NCBI GenBank assembly: GCA_002007425.1
Contig: MUGK01000042.1
Coordinates: forward strand, 1-44,300
Length of the DNA stretch: 44,300 nucleotides
DNA from: Chromatiales bacterium USCg_Taylor
GTDB taxonomy: Bacteria > Pseudomonadota > Gammaproteobacteria > JACCXJ01
Direction of reading: 5' to 3'
The position numbers were made by a program, and so were the translations under genes. Below, in pieces: positions 18,682 to 28,874 of the stretch. Position 1 is the first letter of the stretch; every line of letters starts with the position of its first letter. The notes beneath the pieces were generated by a model, which was not told the origin of the DNA, did not search any database, and worked only from the letters and a program-made list of their open reading frames with translations.

Positions 18682-19364
18682 CGCCGCCGCATCCGTGCAG
18701 CTACTTGCCGGAGCAACGGGCGGCCACGCTGTTTGCCGATCCGGTTGTCCCCATGAACAATGGCCTCTATGCGGCCTTGCTTGCCTACGGATTCCGGCGC
18801 AGCGGAGAGTACCTGTATCGGCCGCAATGCCCGGCTTGCCGCGCCTGTGTTCCGGTACGGGTAGCGATCGACTCATTCCGCCCGAACCGTAACCAAAGGC
18901 GGACCTGGTTGCATAACCAAGACTTGGAAGTCCGTCCGGTCGCACCCGTTTTTACCATGGACCATTATTCTCTCTATCGTCGCTATGTGTCGGTCCGGCA
19001 CCCCGGCGGCGACATGGAAGACCTCACGCCCGAGCGGTTTATCAACTTTCTGGCCGCGCGCTGGGCGAACACGTTATTCTACGAATTTCGGCGCGGTATC
19101 CATTTAGTTGCGGTGGCGGCGGTCGATCGTATCGATGATGCGCTGTCCGCCGTCTACACTTTTTTCGACACCGATGAGGAACGCCGTAGCCTCGGACGTT
19201 ACGCCGTACTGTATGAAATCGAGAAGGCCAGGACAGAAGGCTTACGTTGGCTTTACCTTGGATACTGGATCGATGCCTGCCAAAAAATGCGCTATAAGGC
19301 CGAGTTTCAACCCCTAGAGTACTATTGCAACGGACGCTGGACTCCAAGCGCCAAGAGCATTTAG
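18633..19364 (+). CDS. ate: Arginyl-tRNA--protein transferase / Bpt (ATE family)
   Basis: HPCSYLP, GFRRSGEYLYRPQCPACRAC, LSAVYTFFD, RSLG, LYLGYWI..CQKMRYK; follows aat. Confidence 0.93.
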   Translation: MAEQSARPASRTAFYITPPHPCSYLPEQRAATLFADPVVPMNNGLYAALLAYGFRRSGEYLYRPQCPACRACVPVRVAIDSFRPNRNQRRTWLHNQDLEVRPVAPVFTMDHYSLYRRYVSVRHPGGDMEDLTPERFINFLAARWANTLFYEFRRGIHLVAVAAVDRIDDALSAVYTFFDTDEERRSLGRYAVLYEIEKARTEGLRWLYLGYWIDACQKMRYKAEFQPLEYYCNGRWTPSAKSI

Positions 19365-19510
19365 GGAAGCTCTGCAAAAGTTACTGCGCAGCCCATCTGC
19401 ATTGTCGCGTGCTCGCTCGCCGCTCGCCTATCTACCTGATATGTCTCGCGACTCGCTCCGCGGCTTCGCGCATCTGGGCTTGCTCGCGACACTCTTGCAG
19501 AGCTTCCTTA
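19362..19510. mobile_element. MITE-like element (~149 bp) with 20-bp imperfect terminal inverted repeats, TA at both ends
   Basis: TAGGGAAGCTCTGCAAAAGT (19362-19381) vs ACTCTTGCAGAGCTTCCTTA (19491-19510): 18/20 reverse-complement match. No ORF inside. Confidence 0.65.
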
Positions 19511-19607
19511 GATAAGAACGCTATCCTTGTGCTCGGCGTTTTGCGCTATGCCCCTAATTGGGCCACAATGCGCCGTTCCCCACCGCGAGGACTTACAACC
19601 GGAGAAC

Positions 19608-19826
19608 ATGGCAAAAGAAGAACAAATTGAAATGGAGGGCAAGGTCGTTGAAACCCTACCCAATACCATGTTTCGCGTGCAACTCGCCAACGGGCATGTT
19701 GTGACCGCTCACATTTCCGGCAAGATGCGAAAAAATTACATCCGCATCCTCACCGGCGACACCGTGACCGTCGAACTGACACCCTACGACTTATCCAAAG
19801 GGCGTATTATTTATCGCGCTCGATAA
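19608..19826 (+). CDS. infA: Translation initiation factor IF-1
   Basis: [24 protein letters not shown]...[17 protein letters not shown]...[14 protein letters not shown]; GGAG RBS. Confidence 0.98.
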   Translation: MAKEEQIEMEGKVVETLPNTMFRVQLANGHVVTAHISGKMRKNYIRILTGDTVTVELTPYDLSKGRIIYRAR

Positions 19827-19886
19827 TTGGAGGTCAAACGGGCGCGCGGGCGCGGATCGAGCACTATCCGCTCAACGCTCAACCTC

Positions 19887-20099
19887 TCAGGCCATCACGG
19901 CGACATCTTCTGCGTGCAGACCCTTCTGACCTTCGCTGACGGAAAACTCCACACGTTGGCCATCCTGTAAAGAACGATAGCCGTCTCCCCGGATCGCACG
20001 AAAATGCACGAAGACATCATCACCCTTATCACGCTGAATAAAACCGTAACCCTTAGAGTTATTAAACCACTTAACCGTACCGTGTTCACGATCGGACAT
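19887..20099 (-). CDS. Cold-shock domain protein (CspA family)
   Basis: [15 protein letters not shown] (RNP1), DVFVHF (RNP2); 70 aa. Confidence 0.95.
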   Translation of the reverse strand: MSDREHGTVKWFNNSKGYGFIQRDKGDDVFVHFRAIRGDGYRSLQDGQRVEFSVSEGQKGLHAEDVAVMA

Positions 20100-20357
20100 A
20101 CTCAATCAACCTCATACATCAGAATAAAAAACACTTTAACGAACGGTTAAGATCCCGTTGACCCCTGGAATCGGTGAGCCCTATCCGCGGGCCCAACGAA
20201 ATCAGTTCGTTAAACACACCTAACGCCTTAGAAGCGCACCCGCCGTCGCTACGGCGAGCCATATTGAAAAGCTTACAACATATACGCTCAACTGCAAATA
20301 TTCCTCCACAGGCGGGTTACGGAAGAAACGTGGTTCGAGCTAGGCGTCGGAGTGACG

Positions 20358-21149
20358 TCACACCGCACCGCGAGCGCGGTGCTCCCGATCGAATACGCGG
20401 CGCATGTATTCCAGGTCCGAAGGAGTGTCGACGCCAGGTTCTATCTCGCGCTGTACGACGGCTACCGCGACGCGATAGCCATAATATAAGGCGCGCAACT
20501 GCTCAAGCGCTTCGAGGTGTTCTAAAACGCAGGGTTCTAGCCGCGCTAAGCGCTTAAGGGTTTTAACGCGATAGGCGTACAAACCCAGGTGCCGCAAATA
20601 AGCGCGGTCCGCCAAGGACACCTCACTCGCCGCCGATTCGGCGCCGAAATGCTCGCGATCCCAAGGGATCGGCGCGCGGCTAAAATATAGCGCGTAACCT
20701 TCGCGGTCCACCACGGCTTTGACGATATTAGGATCACGCAACGCAATCGCGCTGCCGAGAGGCGCGCATAGGGTCGCCAATTCAGCGCCTGGCTGGTCAT
20801 CGAGCAGGCCGGCGACCTGGGCCAGCAGCGCGGGCGCCACGCGCGGTTCGTCACCCTGCAGATTAACGATAATGGCATCTTCGTCTTCTTTCAAAGCCGC
20901 CGCCGCTTCCGCCAGCCGTTCCGTCCCGGAACGATGATGCGCAGAGGTCATGCAAACCCTTGCTCCGAAACCGAGCGCGCACGCACGAATGCGTTCATCG
21001 TCGGTGGCAATGATCACCGCCGAGGCGCCGCTTTCTAGCGCGCGCTCATGAACGTGCTGGATGAGGGGCTTGCCTGCGATGTCCGCGAGAGGTTTGCCCG
21101 GCAAACGAGTGGACCCGTAGCGCACGGGGATGTAGACGCGAAAATCCAA
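20358..21149 (-). CDS. kdsB: 3-deoxy-manno-octulosonate cytidylyltransferase
   Basis: IPVRYGSTRLPGKPL, SGTERLAE, VNLQGDEP, ALYFSRAPIP, RHLGLYAYR, EALEQLRAL, GVDT. Confidence 0.96.
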   Translation of the reverse strand: MDFRVYIPVRYGSTRLPGKPLADIAGKPLIQHVHERALESGASAVIIATDDERIRACALGFGARVCMTSAHHRSGTERLAEAAAALKEDEDAIIVNLQGDEPRVAPALLAQVAGLLDDQPGAELATLCAPLGSAIALRDPNIVKAVVDREGYALYFSRAPIPWDREHFGAESAASEVSLADRAYLRHLGLYAYRVKTLKRLARLEPCVLEHLEALEQLRALYYGYRVAVAVVQREIEPGVDTPSDLEYMRRVFDREHRARGAV

Positions 21150-21329
21150 CTAGAGTTTCTCGTCCGGTGGAATACGGCGTGCTTCGTCCTCCAGCATCAC
21201 CGGAATATCATCTTGAATCGGATAAGCTAGGCGGCAGGCGCGGCAGATAAGCTCGGCTTCTGCACGCTTGTACAGTAGCGGGCCCTTGCATGAAGGGCAC
21301 ACTAGGATCTCAAGAAGACGCTTGTCCAT
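21150..21329 (-). CDS. ycaR: Trm112-family protein (YcaR), 59 aa; absent from the ORF track
   Basis: Manual translation [59 protein letters not shown]; lies between lpxK and kdsB as usual. Confidence 0.92.
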   Translation of the reverse strand: MDKRLLEILVCPSCKGPLLYKRAEAELICRACRLAYPIQDDIPVMLEDEARRIPPDEKL

Positions 21330-22317
21330 TGATCTTACTTTTCAACAGTGCAATAAAGGTTTTTTCGAAGGCCGATGACAGCTCGGCTTGTATGGGAATA
21401 TACCAAACATCGGCTGATGCGAAGTGCCGGCATTTTACCGCATCCTTCTCGGTCATGATGACAGGAAGCCCATCGGTGAACGCGAGATCGCGACGAGAAA
21501 AGCCGTAATGATCCGGAAACGGGTGCTCGATCGTCTCGATACCGAAGCCTCTTAAAAGTGAAAAAAAACAATCCGGGTGTCCGATCCCCGCGACGGCATG
21601 GACGCGCCGCCCGCGCAGTTCATCCAAGGTGCGCACCGCCGTATCGTCGGCCACGGCGTTGGCTACCGAGGCGCGGTAGCTCATCGCATACTCGTTATCG
21701 AGGGCTTCACCACGGGTAACAATCATGTCGACGCGCGTTAATCGATCGATCGGCTCGCGCAAAGGTCCGGCGGGTAATAGGCGGCCGTTGCCGAAGCGGC
21801 GAACCCCGTCAACGACCGCGATTTCAACGTCTCTTGCAAGCGCATAATCCTGCAACCCATCGTCACACACGATCACATCGCATTTATCGTCGAATAGCAA
21901 CTGATCAACGGCTTGTGCGCGCCGCCGGCCGGCGGCCACCACAGGGCCCTTGCAATGCCTTGCTACGAGCACCGACTCGTCGCCGACCTGGTGTGGATCG
22001 CTATCGGGCGCTACTCGCCGCGGCCAATTTGTCGACTGTCCCCCGTACCCGCGGGTCACGATCCCGGGGCGGTAGCCCTGGCGTCTGAGGCAGTGCGCAA
22101 GCCAGATGACGAGCGGCGTTTTGCCCGCGCCGCCGACCGTGATGTTTCCGACGATAACGACAGGCGTCGCGCAGGTGTACGGGCGCACCAGTGGGGTCGA
22201 ATAAAGCAACCGTCTCGCGGAGGCCGCGCCGCGATACGCCCAGCTCAACGGCGACAGCAAGGCGCACCAGCGATGCTGTCCGTACCAGGCGTTTTGTAGC
22301 CGTTGTTCAAGAAACAC
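21310..22317 (-). CDS. lpxK: Tetraacyldisaccharide 4'-kinase
   Basis: [67 protein letters not shown]. Start uncertain (GTG 22317 chosen). Confidence 0.93.
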   Translation of the reverse strand: MFLEQRLQNAWYGQHRWCALLSPLSWAYRGAASARRLLYSTPLVRPYTCATPVVIVGNITVGGAGKTPLVIWLAHCLRRQGYRPGIVTRGYGGQSTNWPRRVAPDSDPHQVGDESVLVARHCKGPVVAAGRRRAQAVDQLLFDDKCDVIVCDDGLQDYALARDVEIAVVDGVRRFGNGRLLPAGPLREPIDRLTRVDMIVTRGEALDNEYAMSYRASVANAVADDTAVRTLDELRGRRVHAVAGIGHPDCFFSLLRGFGIETIEHPFPDHYGFSRRDLAFTDGLPVIMTEKDAVKCRHFASADVWYIPIQAELSSAFEKTFIALLKSKINGQASS

Positions 22318-22471
22318 TGCCCCCGCTTTTAGCAGGAACTCGCATGAAGGTAAAGGCGCCGGCCACAGGGAGGTCCGGATGGGTATATACTTGCGAGCTA
22401 ATCCGCGCAATACGGCCATGAATTTAATAAAGTAACTCCGCGCTTTGAAGCCATCTTTACGGACCGCCGCC

Positions 22472-22870
22472 ATGGCAACGCAACCGAGGGCGCCTCTGGA
22501 AACCTTTCCGAACCCGAGCCCTGCCCGCGACTACGTAATCAGGATAGAAATCCCTGAATTCACCTGCCTATGTCCCAAGACCGGGCAGCCCGATTTCGCC
22601 ACCTTAGAGCTGCTCTACGTCCCCGATCGAGAGTGCGTCGAACTGAAGTCGCTCAAGCTCTACATCTGGTCGTTCCGCGATCAAGGCGCTTTTCACGAGG
22701 ATGTCACAAACAAGATATTGAATGAGATCGTGTCAACGTGCCGGCCGCGATTTGCGAGACTGACGTCACGTTTCAATGTGCGCGGGGGCTTATGCACGAG
22801 CGTCACCGTGCATTATCAGGCGCCTGGCTGGGAGCCCGTCGAGCAGCTCGGTTTGACGCGAGCCCTTTAG
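22472..22870 (+). CDS. queF: preQ0 reductase, type I (unimodular) QueF
   Basis: [34 protein letters not shown]. Confidence 0.95.
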   Translation: MATQPRAPLETFPNPSPARDYVIRIEIPEFTCLCPKTGQPDFATLELLYVPDRECVELKSLKLYIWSFRDQGAFHEDVTNKILNEIVSTCRPRFARLTSRFNVRGGLCTSVTVHYQAPGWEPVEQLGLTRAL

Positions 22871-22946
22871 TGCTTAAAAGCGTTGCGTCGCTCCCGGGTT
22901 TTTGGTACAACTGCGCGCTCATTTTTCTGCACATGAGGTAAGGGCA

Positions 22947-23426
22947 GTGCCCGCCAAGAAGAAGGTCGCCAAAGCTAGCGCGGCGAAAGTGGCGCGTGTC
23001 GGGGCCGCGACCACGTCGTGGTACGACGGTTTCGCGCCGTACAAGGAGAAGCGGGGCGAGGAATACATGAATCCGGCGCAGATCGAGCATTTCCGGAAGA
23101 TCCTCATGAGCTGGCGCCGCGATCTGATCGAGGAGATCGATCGCACCGTTCAGCATTTACAGGACGACGCGGGGAGTTTTGCGGATCCGAATGATCGGGC
23201 AACTCAAGAAGAGGAATTCGCACTGGAGTTGCGCACCCGCGATCGGGAGCGCAAATTAATCAAGAAAATCGGAGAATCGCTCGCGAGTCTCGACACGGGC
23301 GACTACGGATACTGTGAATACTGCGGAATCGAGATCGGGATCCGGCGTCTCGAGGCCCGGCCCACGGCGACGCTTTGTATCGACTGCAAGACCTTGGACG
23401 AAATCAGAGAAAAGCAGGTCATTTAG
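22947..23426 (+). CDS. dksA: RNA polymerase-binding transcription factor DksA
   Basis: [37 protein letters not shown]4 zinc finger (CEYC...CIDC). Confidence 0.96.
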   Translation: MPAKKKVAKASAAKVARVGAATTSWYDGFAPYKEKRGEEYMNPAQIEHFRKILMSWRRDLIEEIDRTVQHLQDDAGSFADPNDRATQEEEFALELRTRDRERKLIKKIGESLASLDTGDYGYCEYCGIEIGIRRLEARPTATLCIDCKTLDEIREKQVI

Positions 23427-23489
23427 TGCGTCAGAAGTGCTCGGACGGCGCCGCACCTATCTCATCCCGCTTGAAGAACGCCGGCGCCG

Positions 23490-24194
23490 TTAATCGCTGA
23501 ATCCTTCCAGCCACCGGCAATAAAACCGCTCGGCGATGCGCCGCAGCGCTTTTACGCGTTGGGAGAGCCGACGGGTGATTTCATCGGGGGCCTGCACGCT
23601 CGTAGAAAGCGCAGCCAGTTGCTCCTGGTACACCTTCACCCACTGGGTGACCATCTTCGCCGTGACTTCAATATGACATTGCATGGCGAGCGTATTGCCG
23701 ATCGCAAACGCCTGATTCTCGCAAAGATCGCTCTTTAGCAGCCGAGCGGCGCCGGGGGGAATACTGAAGGTCTCGGTGTGCCAATGTAAGACCTCGAACC
23801 GAGGTGGTAAACCATCAAGCCATCTCGCCGCTTCCTCGCCACCCACGCACTCGACCGGCCGCCAGCCGATTTCCGGGACTCGACTGGGGGTGATCGCGCC
23901 ACCCAATGCTTTGCTGATCAACTGGCCACCGAGGCAATGGCCTAATATCGGCAAACCGCGGGCGTGGGCCGCCCGAATCAGCGCTAGCTCTTGTTCCAGC
24001 CACGGTAAGGGATCATTGACGGACATCGGACCGCCCATAAATACGAGCGCCGAACACCTGTCGATTTCACACGCCCGTTCCTCGCCTTCATCAATCCGTA
24101 TGAGATCGAACGAGATACCTCGCAAGGCCAAGAACTCCGCCAAATAACCCGGCCCTTCGCAGCTAACATGCCGAAAGATCAGTACCGGTTTCAT
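23490..24194 (-). CDS. Type 1 glutamine amidotransferase (GMP synthase GATase-like)
   Basis: EGPG, MGGPMSVND, LGHCLGGQL (nucleophile Cys), EIGW, HWH.ETF, MQCHIE (His-Glu). Confidence 0.9.
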   Translation of the reverse strand: MKPVLIFRHVSCEGPGYLAEFLALRGISFDLIRIDEGEERACEIDRCSALVFMGGPMSVNDPLPWLEQELALIRAAHARGLPILGHCLGGQLISKALGGAITPSRVPEIGWRPVECVGGEEAARWLDGLPPRFEVLHWHTETFSIPPGAARLLKSDLCENQAFAIGNTLAMQCHIEVTAKMVTQWVKVYQEQLAALSTSVQAPDEITRRLSQRVKALRRIAERFYCRWLEGFSD

Positions 24195-24266
24195 CACCCC
24201 ATCGGCTTTGACTCGCGCGGATTTGGAAGAATAGGTGGTCGTCCCGCCCAGGCTCGCCAAGGCATG

Positions 24267-25688
24267 CTAGCCGTTCACCGTTTCTTCGGCGCGGTGCATC
24301 CCAAATTTTTTCATCTTCTCGACCAAGGTCGTACGCCCCATATTCAATCGCCTAGCCGCATTAGCAACCACCCAGTGGGCCTCGTCGAGGGCCTGTTTGA
24401 TCATCGTGTACTCGATATTATTCAGATGTTCCTTGAGATCGATCCCCCCGCGCGGCAACCGCGGCAAGGACGAAACCTCTTCGGCGTGCGGCACGCTCAC
24501 GAGAATCGGCGCTCGCTCCGCTAACTCTACCGCCTGATATTTCTCCGGGAGATCATGTAAGTCCACTACCCCGCCGGGGTAGAGGATCGCCAGCCGTTCC
24601 ATCAGGTTCGCTAGCTCCCGGATGTTACCGGCCCAACGATAGCCGGTCAGTGATTCGAGGCACAGGTCGGTTAATCGTAGCCTTCCCCGGCCCTCGTGCT
24701 CCAAACGCGCAAGGAGGTCATTCACGAGCAAAGGCAGATCCTCGATACGTTCCCGCAGTGGTGGCATCTCAATCGGGAAAACATTCAAGCGGTAATAAAG
24801 ATCTTCCCGGAACGTGCCCTTGACGATGGCTTCTTCCAGATTGACATGGGTCGCGGCGACGATGCGTACGTCCGCGGTGATGCTCTTGTTACTGCCGACG
24901 CGCTCGAAGGTGCGGTCCTGCAGCACGCGCAACAGCTTCACTTGCATCGCCAGGCTCATGTCGCCGATCTCATCCAAAAACAGCGTTCCGCCCTCGGCCA
25001 TCTCGAAGCGCCCTTGCCGCGCGGTGATCGCCCCGGTAAACGCTCCTTTTTCGTGCCCGAACAACTCGCTCTCCAAGAGATCGGCGGGAATGGCGCCGCA
25101 ATTCACCGGGACGAAAGGCTTACTCCGCCGTTTTGAATTGTAGTGGAGGTGCCTTGCCACGACTTCCTTGCCCGTGCCCGATTCGCCGGTGATCAACACA
25201 TTCGCATCGGTGGCGGCCACCATCCCGATCATTTTGCGTATGCGCTTAATACCGGCACTGGTGCCGACCAGGCTACGAAAAAGCTCCACGGACCTGGGCG
25301 TGCCGTCCTCATGGCGGTTTTGCCGATAAAGATCGACCTTCTGCAACACGCCCGTGAATTGCTTATAACGGAGCGGCAGTTCGATCTCGCCGAGGATCCC
25401 GGCCTCGATCTCCTGGTTGCTTTTCGGAGATCCGCCCGCTTCCGAGACGAGCAAGACCGGGCGATAAGGATCGGAGGTCTTAAGCGCACGGAACACTTCG
25501 ATCAATGTTCGCGCCGAGCTACAACTCCCCAACAAAACCAGCTCAACGGTCGCCGCCTCCCGAAGCCGGGGCTCCCACTCACCGTGGCCGCAGGCGATGA
25601 TGTGCCGATGCTCCAGGAATTCCATCACGGTTGCGAGCTTTAGCCGCAGGTCGAGGTTATCCTCAATGATTAGAACGCTGCAGTTCAT
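24267..25688 (-). CDS. fleQ: Sigma-54-dependent activator FleQ/FlrA
   Basis: Degenerate receiver-like N-terminal domain; LFRSLVG, GESGTGKE, NCGAIPADLLESELFGHEKGAFTGA, FREDLYYRLNVFP; C-terminal GIDLKEHL...VVANAARRLNMGRTTLVEKMKK typical of FleQ. Confidence 0.85.
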   Translation of the reverse strand: MNCSVLIIEDNLDLRLKLATVMEFLEHRHIIACGHGEWEPRLREAATVELVLLGSCSSARTLIEVFRALKTSDPYRPVLLVSEAGGSPKSNQEIEAGILGEIELPLRYKQFTGVLQKVDLYRQNRHEDGTPRSVELFRSLVGTSAGIKRIRKMIGMVAATDANVLITGESGTGKEVVARHLHYNSKRRSKPFVPVNCGAIPADLLESELFGHEKGAFTGAITARQGRFEMAEGGTLFLDEIGDMSLAMQVKLLRVLQDRTFERVGSNKSITADVRIVAATHVNLEEAIVKGTFREDLYYRLNVFPIEMPPLRERIEDLPLLVNDLLARLEHEGRGRLRLTDLCLESLTGYRWAGNIRELANLMERLAILYPGGVVDLHDLPEKYQAVELAERAPILVSVPHAEEVSSLPRLPRGGIDLKEHLNNIEYTMIKQALDEAHWVVANAARRLNMGRTTLVEKMKKFGMHRAEETVNG

Positions 25689-25871
25689 GATGCGTTGTTC
25701 ATCGCTTAATCGTCCGGGCGAGCGGATTTTAGTAAACCACTGCTGTTCGCGAATGTCAAAATCTTGGCGTTTCCACCACGGTCTCGGTGGCTGGCAACCA
25801 GCGCGGATCGCTGTTGGCCGGCGCGTATGGCGCCGGATTAGCGTAAGATAATTGTGAACAAAGGGGGGCCT

Positions 25872-26918
25872 ATGACGACTGAGAACATTGCGGTCACGCT
25901 GATCCGAGGCGATGGCATCGGGCCCGAGATCATCGATTGCACGCTCGCGGTCTTAGACGCACTGGGCGTCGCTTTTAATTGGGACGTGCAACAGGCCGGC
26001 ATGGAGGCCGTGAAGGAGGGCGGGGATCCCTTGCCGGCGGCGACGATCGATAGCATCCGGCGCACGAAATTGGCGCTCAAGGGGCCGCTGACGACACCCG
26101 TCGGCGGCGGTTACCGGTCGGTAAACGTCAGCCTGCGCAAGGAATTTAAGCTTTTTGCGAACGTGCGGCCGGCCCGCTCTTTATTTCGCGGTGGAAGATT
26201 CGAGGATGTAGACCTGATTCTCATCCGTGAAAACACCGAAGGCTTCTACGTCGGCGTTGAGCATTTCATCCCCATCGATGACGATCCGAAGGCGGTTGCC
26301 GAAGGCTCAGGGATCATCACGCGTTCGGGGTGCCGGCGGATCGCTCATTTCGCCTTCGAGTACGCGCTGCGCCACGGGCGGAAAAAGGTCACCATCGTGC
26401 ACAAGGCCAACATATTGAAGGCCTTGACCGGGCTGTTCCTCGAGACGGCGCTCGACATCGGACGCCAATACGAAGGCAGATTGCGAATCGACGAACGCAT
26501 CGTCGATAACACCGCCATGCAGCTCGTGATCAATCCGAATCAGTTTGACATGTTACTTACGACCAATATGTTTGGAGATATATTATCGGATGAGATCGCG
26601 GGACTTGTCGGTGGCCTGGGTGTCGCACCCGGGGCCAATATCGGTACCGATACTGCCCTCTTTGAAGGGGTGCACGGTTCAGCGCCGGACATCGCGGGCC
26701 AAGGGATCGCCAACCCGACGGCGATCATGCTGGCCGCGGCGATGATGTTGGATCACCTGGGCATCATCGCTCCCGCTATCCGCCTGCGACAGGCCATCCA
26801 GACCGTGCTCGATAAGGAGGGCATCAGGACTCGCGACTTGGGCGGACAGGCCTCAAGCGGCGAGTATACGCGCGCCGTCATACGCCAGATTGAGGTGCTG
26901 CCCGATCACACAGCCTAA
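25872..26918 (+). CDS. Isocitrate/isopropylmalate dehydrogenase family protein (probably NAD-dependent IDH)
   Basis: GDGIGPEI, LKGPLTTPVGGGYRSVNV, IRENTEG, VHKANILK, NMFGDILSD, GGLG, FEGVHGSAPDIAG. Confidence 0.9.
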   Translation: MTTENIAVTLIRGDGIGPEIIDCTLAVLDALGVAFNWDVQQAGMEAVKEGGDPLPAATIDSIRRTKLALKGPLTTPVGGGYRSVNVSLRKEFKLFANVRPARSLFRGGRFEDVDLILIRENTEGFYVGVEHFIPIDDDPKAVAEGSGIITRSGCRRIAHFAFEYALRHGRKKVTIVHKANILKALTGLFLETALDIGRQYEGRLRIDERIVDNTAMQLVINPNQFDMLLTTNMFGDILSDEIAGLVGGLGVAPGANIGTDTALFEGVHGSAPDIAGQGIANPTAIMLAAAMMLDHLGIIAPAIRLRQAIQTVLDKEGIRTRDLGGQASSGEYTRAVIRQIEVLPDHTA

Positions 26919-27100
26919 GGCAAACCGTGTCTAGGCACGTGCGTAAAGTGGTCGGCGTCACCGCTAGCGCACGATCTTGCGCTTGGATATGTTGTTACTC
27001 ATACTGCTTTTGATCGCTTGGCTCCCCGTGATTCAGCGCAGCATCAGCTAGCGACAACCTGCGAACATCTAACTCGTTTCGAAAGAAGGCGACGCCGTCG

Positions 27101-27988
27101 ATGAAGCTGGTGGCAAGAAAAATCCAGAGGATACCGCGCCCGGGCCTCACTTCTGGTCCCGAGCCGGCGTTGCCCCGCGATGCCGGGGCCGCACCGGCGT
27201 TCACCTTGCAGGTGATGACCTACAATATCCACAAAGGGTTTAGCACCGGCAACGCGCGTTTCGTCTTGCATCAGATGCGCGATGCATTGGAGCGAGCCGA
27301 TGTCGACTTGATCTTTTTGCAAGAGATCCAAGGCGCCCACGCGTACCGGCAATGGTTGATCGACGATTGGCCGAACGCGCCGCAATCGGACTTCTTGGCC
27401 GACCGGAGATGGCCGCACCGCGCCTACGGGAAAAACGCGATCTATGATGCCGGGCATCATGGAAACGCCATCCTCAGCAAGTATCCCATCCGCTTCTGGG
27501 AAAACATCAACGTATCGGGAAGTCCCATCGCCAGCCGCAGCGTGCTGCATGCCGAGATCGCGCTCCCGCAAGTCGATCAGCCGCTGCACGTGATCTGCAT
27601 ACATTTCGGGCTCATCGCCGCGGAACGCCGGCACCAGCTTTCGGTGCTCGCGAGACGCATCCGGTCCCACGTCCCTGGTCATGCGCCGTTGATTATCGCC
27701 GGGGACTTCAATGATTGGGCCCGGCAGGCGGAATACCAAATGCGGACTCACCTTGGGCTCATGGATGTGTTCGTGACCCTAAACAACCGGCCGGCGAAAA
27801 CCTTTCCCGTCTGGTACCCGGTATTGGCCGTGGACCGCATCTTTTATCGCGGCGCGACCCCGATCACTTGCCGCTGCTTGAAAGACATGCCCTGGCGGCG
27901 CCTGTCCGACCACGCGGCCCTGTACGCGGCGTTTTCCCTGGCGCTGGAACCGGCGGCTAGGGATCGCCTCATCGAGCAACCGCTCTAG
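27101..27988 (+). CDS. Endonuclease/exonuclease/phosphatase family protein (YbhP-like)
   Basis: TYNIHKG, LQEIQG, YGKNA, HHGNAILSKYP, IAGDFNDW, VDRIFYRG, SDH. The true start may be further downstream. Confidence 0.88.
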   Translation: MKLVARKIQRIPRPGLTSGPEPALPRDAGAAPAFTLQVMTYNIHKGFSTGNARFVLHQMRDALERADVDLIFLQEIQGAHAYRQWLIDDWPNAPQSDFLADRRWPHRAYGKNAIYDAGHHGNAILSKYPIRFWENINVSGSPIASRSVLHAEIALPQVDQPLHVICIHFGLIAAERRHQLSVLARRIRSHVPGHAPLIIAGDFNDWARQAEYQMRTHLGLMDVFVTLNNRPAKTFPVWYPVLAVDRIFYRGATPITCRCLKDMPWRRLSDHAALYAAFSLALEPAARDRLIEQPL

Positions 27989-28013
27989 AGCCGGCCGGAT
28001 CGAGGGACGTCTT

Positions 28014-28208
28014 ATGAAATCTCGCGGTGATGCACTGGCCCGGCGGCTCGTGGGCGTGATGCTCGGAGCCACGACACTCATCGCAATCGTCGCGATCATC
28101 GTGCTACCGGGTCCGGCATTCATCGTCATCCCCGCCGGAATCGCGATCCTTGTTCTCGAATACATCTGGACCCGTTGGTGGTTACGCACGCGCGGGAAGG
28201 AAGACTGA
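28014..28208 (+). CDS. Small membrane protein, PGPGW-like family
   Basis: Two hydrophobic segments around LPGPAFIVIPAGIAILVLEY.W; GAGG RBS. Confidence 0.6.
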   Translation: MKSRGDALARRLVGVMLGATTLIAIVAIIVLPGPAFIVIPAGIAILVLEYIWTRWWLRTRGKED

Positions 28209-28271
28209 TCGAGAGGCTGCGGCGCATATTGACATTACGCTGCCGCGACTGTGATATTTGGGGCTACCGAA

Positions 28272-28874
28272 ATGGCACTTCAGGAGAACATCAACGGCGT
28301 GCTCACTTGGCCGAATTTGCTGAGCTGCTTTCGGTTCATCGCGGCGCCCGTGCTCGGCCTGCTCGCTTGGCATGGATTGCCGAGGACCTATTTGGCGGTC
28401 CTCGTACTATCGTTCCTGAGCGATGTACTCGACGGTTTCATCGCGCGGGTATTGAAGCAGGAATCCGCACTCGGGACCCGATTGGACACCGCCGGCGACG
28501 TGGTGATGTACGCCACGATCCCGGTGACGGCGTGGTGGTTATGGCCTGACATCATGCGCCAAGAGGCGCCGTTCATCATGACGGTCATCGCGAGCTCCGC
28601 CCTGTCTGCCATCATCGGTATGTTGAAATTCAGAGTCTTTCCCACCTATCACACCTGGGGCGTTAAGTTGGCGGCCGCGGTGGCTGCTAGCACCGCCTTC
28701 CTCATGTTCGCCGGCGGTCCGACATGGCCGTTTCGGCTGGCCACGCTGATCTGTTTGCTCGCGGCGATCGAGCAAATCGCCATCACGATCGTGCTGCACG
28801 AGAGCCGCTCTAACGTGCGGTCGCTCTGGCATGTGTTAACGGACAAATCCAAAAGTAGTCAGCGCGCGCTATAA
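28272..28874 (+). CDS. CDP-alcohol phosphatidyltransferase family protein
   Basis: PNLLSCFR and signature DVLDGFIAR-x6-LGTRLDTAGD; multiple TM helices. Confidence 0.9.
   Translation: MALQENINGVLTWPNLLSCFRFIAAPVLGLLAWHGLPRTYLAVLVLSFLSDVLDGFIARVLKQESALGTRLDTAGDVVMYATIPVTAWWLWPDIMRQEAPFIMTVIASSALSAIIGMLKFRVFPTYHTWGVKLAAAVAASTAFLMFAGGPTWPFRLATLICLLAAIEQIAITIVLHESRSNVRSLWHVLTDKSKSSQRAL

Noticed and set aside
19887-20099. Calling the cold-shock gene cspD because of its proximity to infA/aat
   Set aside because: clpS-clpA are absent and the orientation differs from the usual arrangement; the paralog cannot be assigned by eye.
26966-26981. Sigma-54-like GCGCACGATCTTGC upstream of the EEP gene
   Set aside because: Lacks the invariant GG at -24, and the spacing is wrong.
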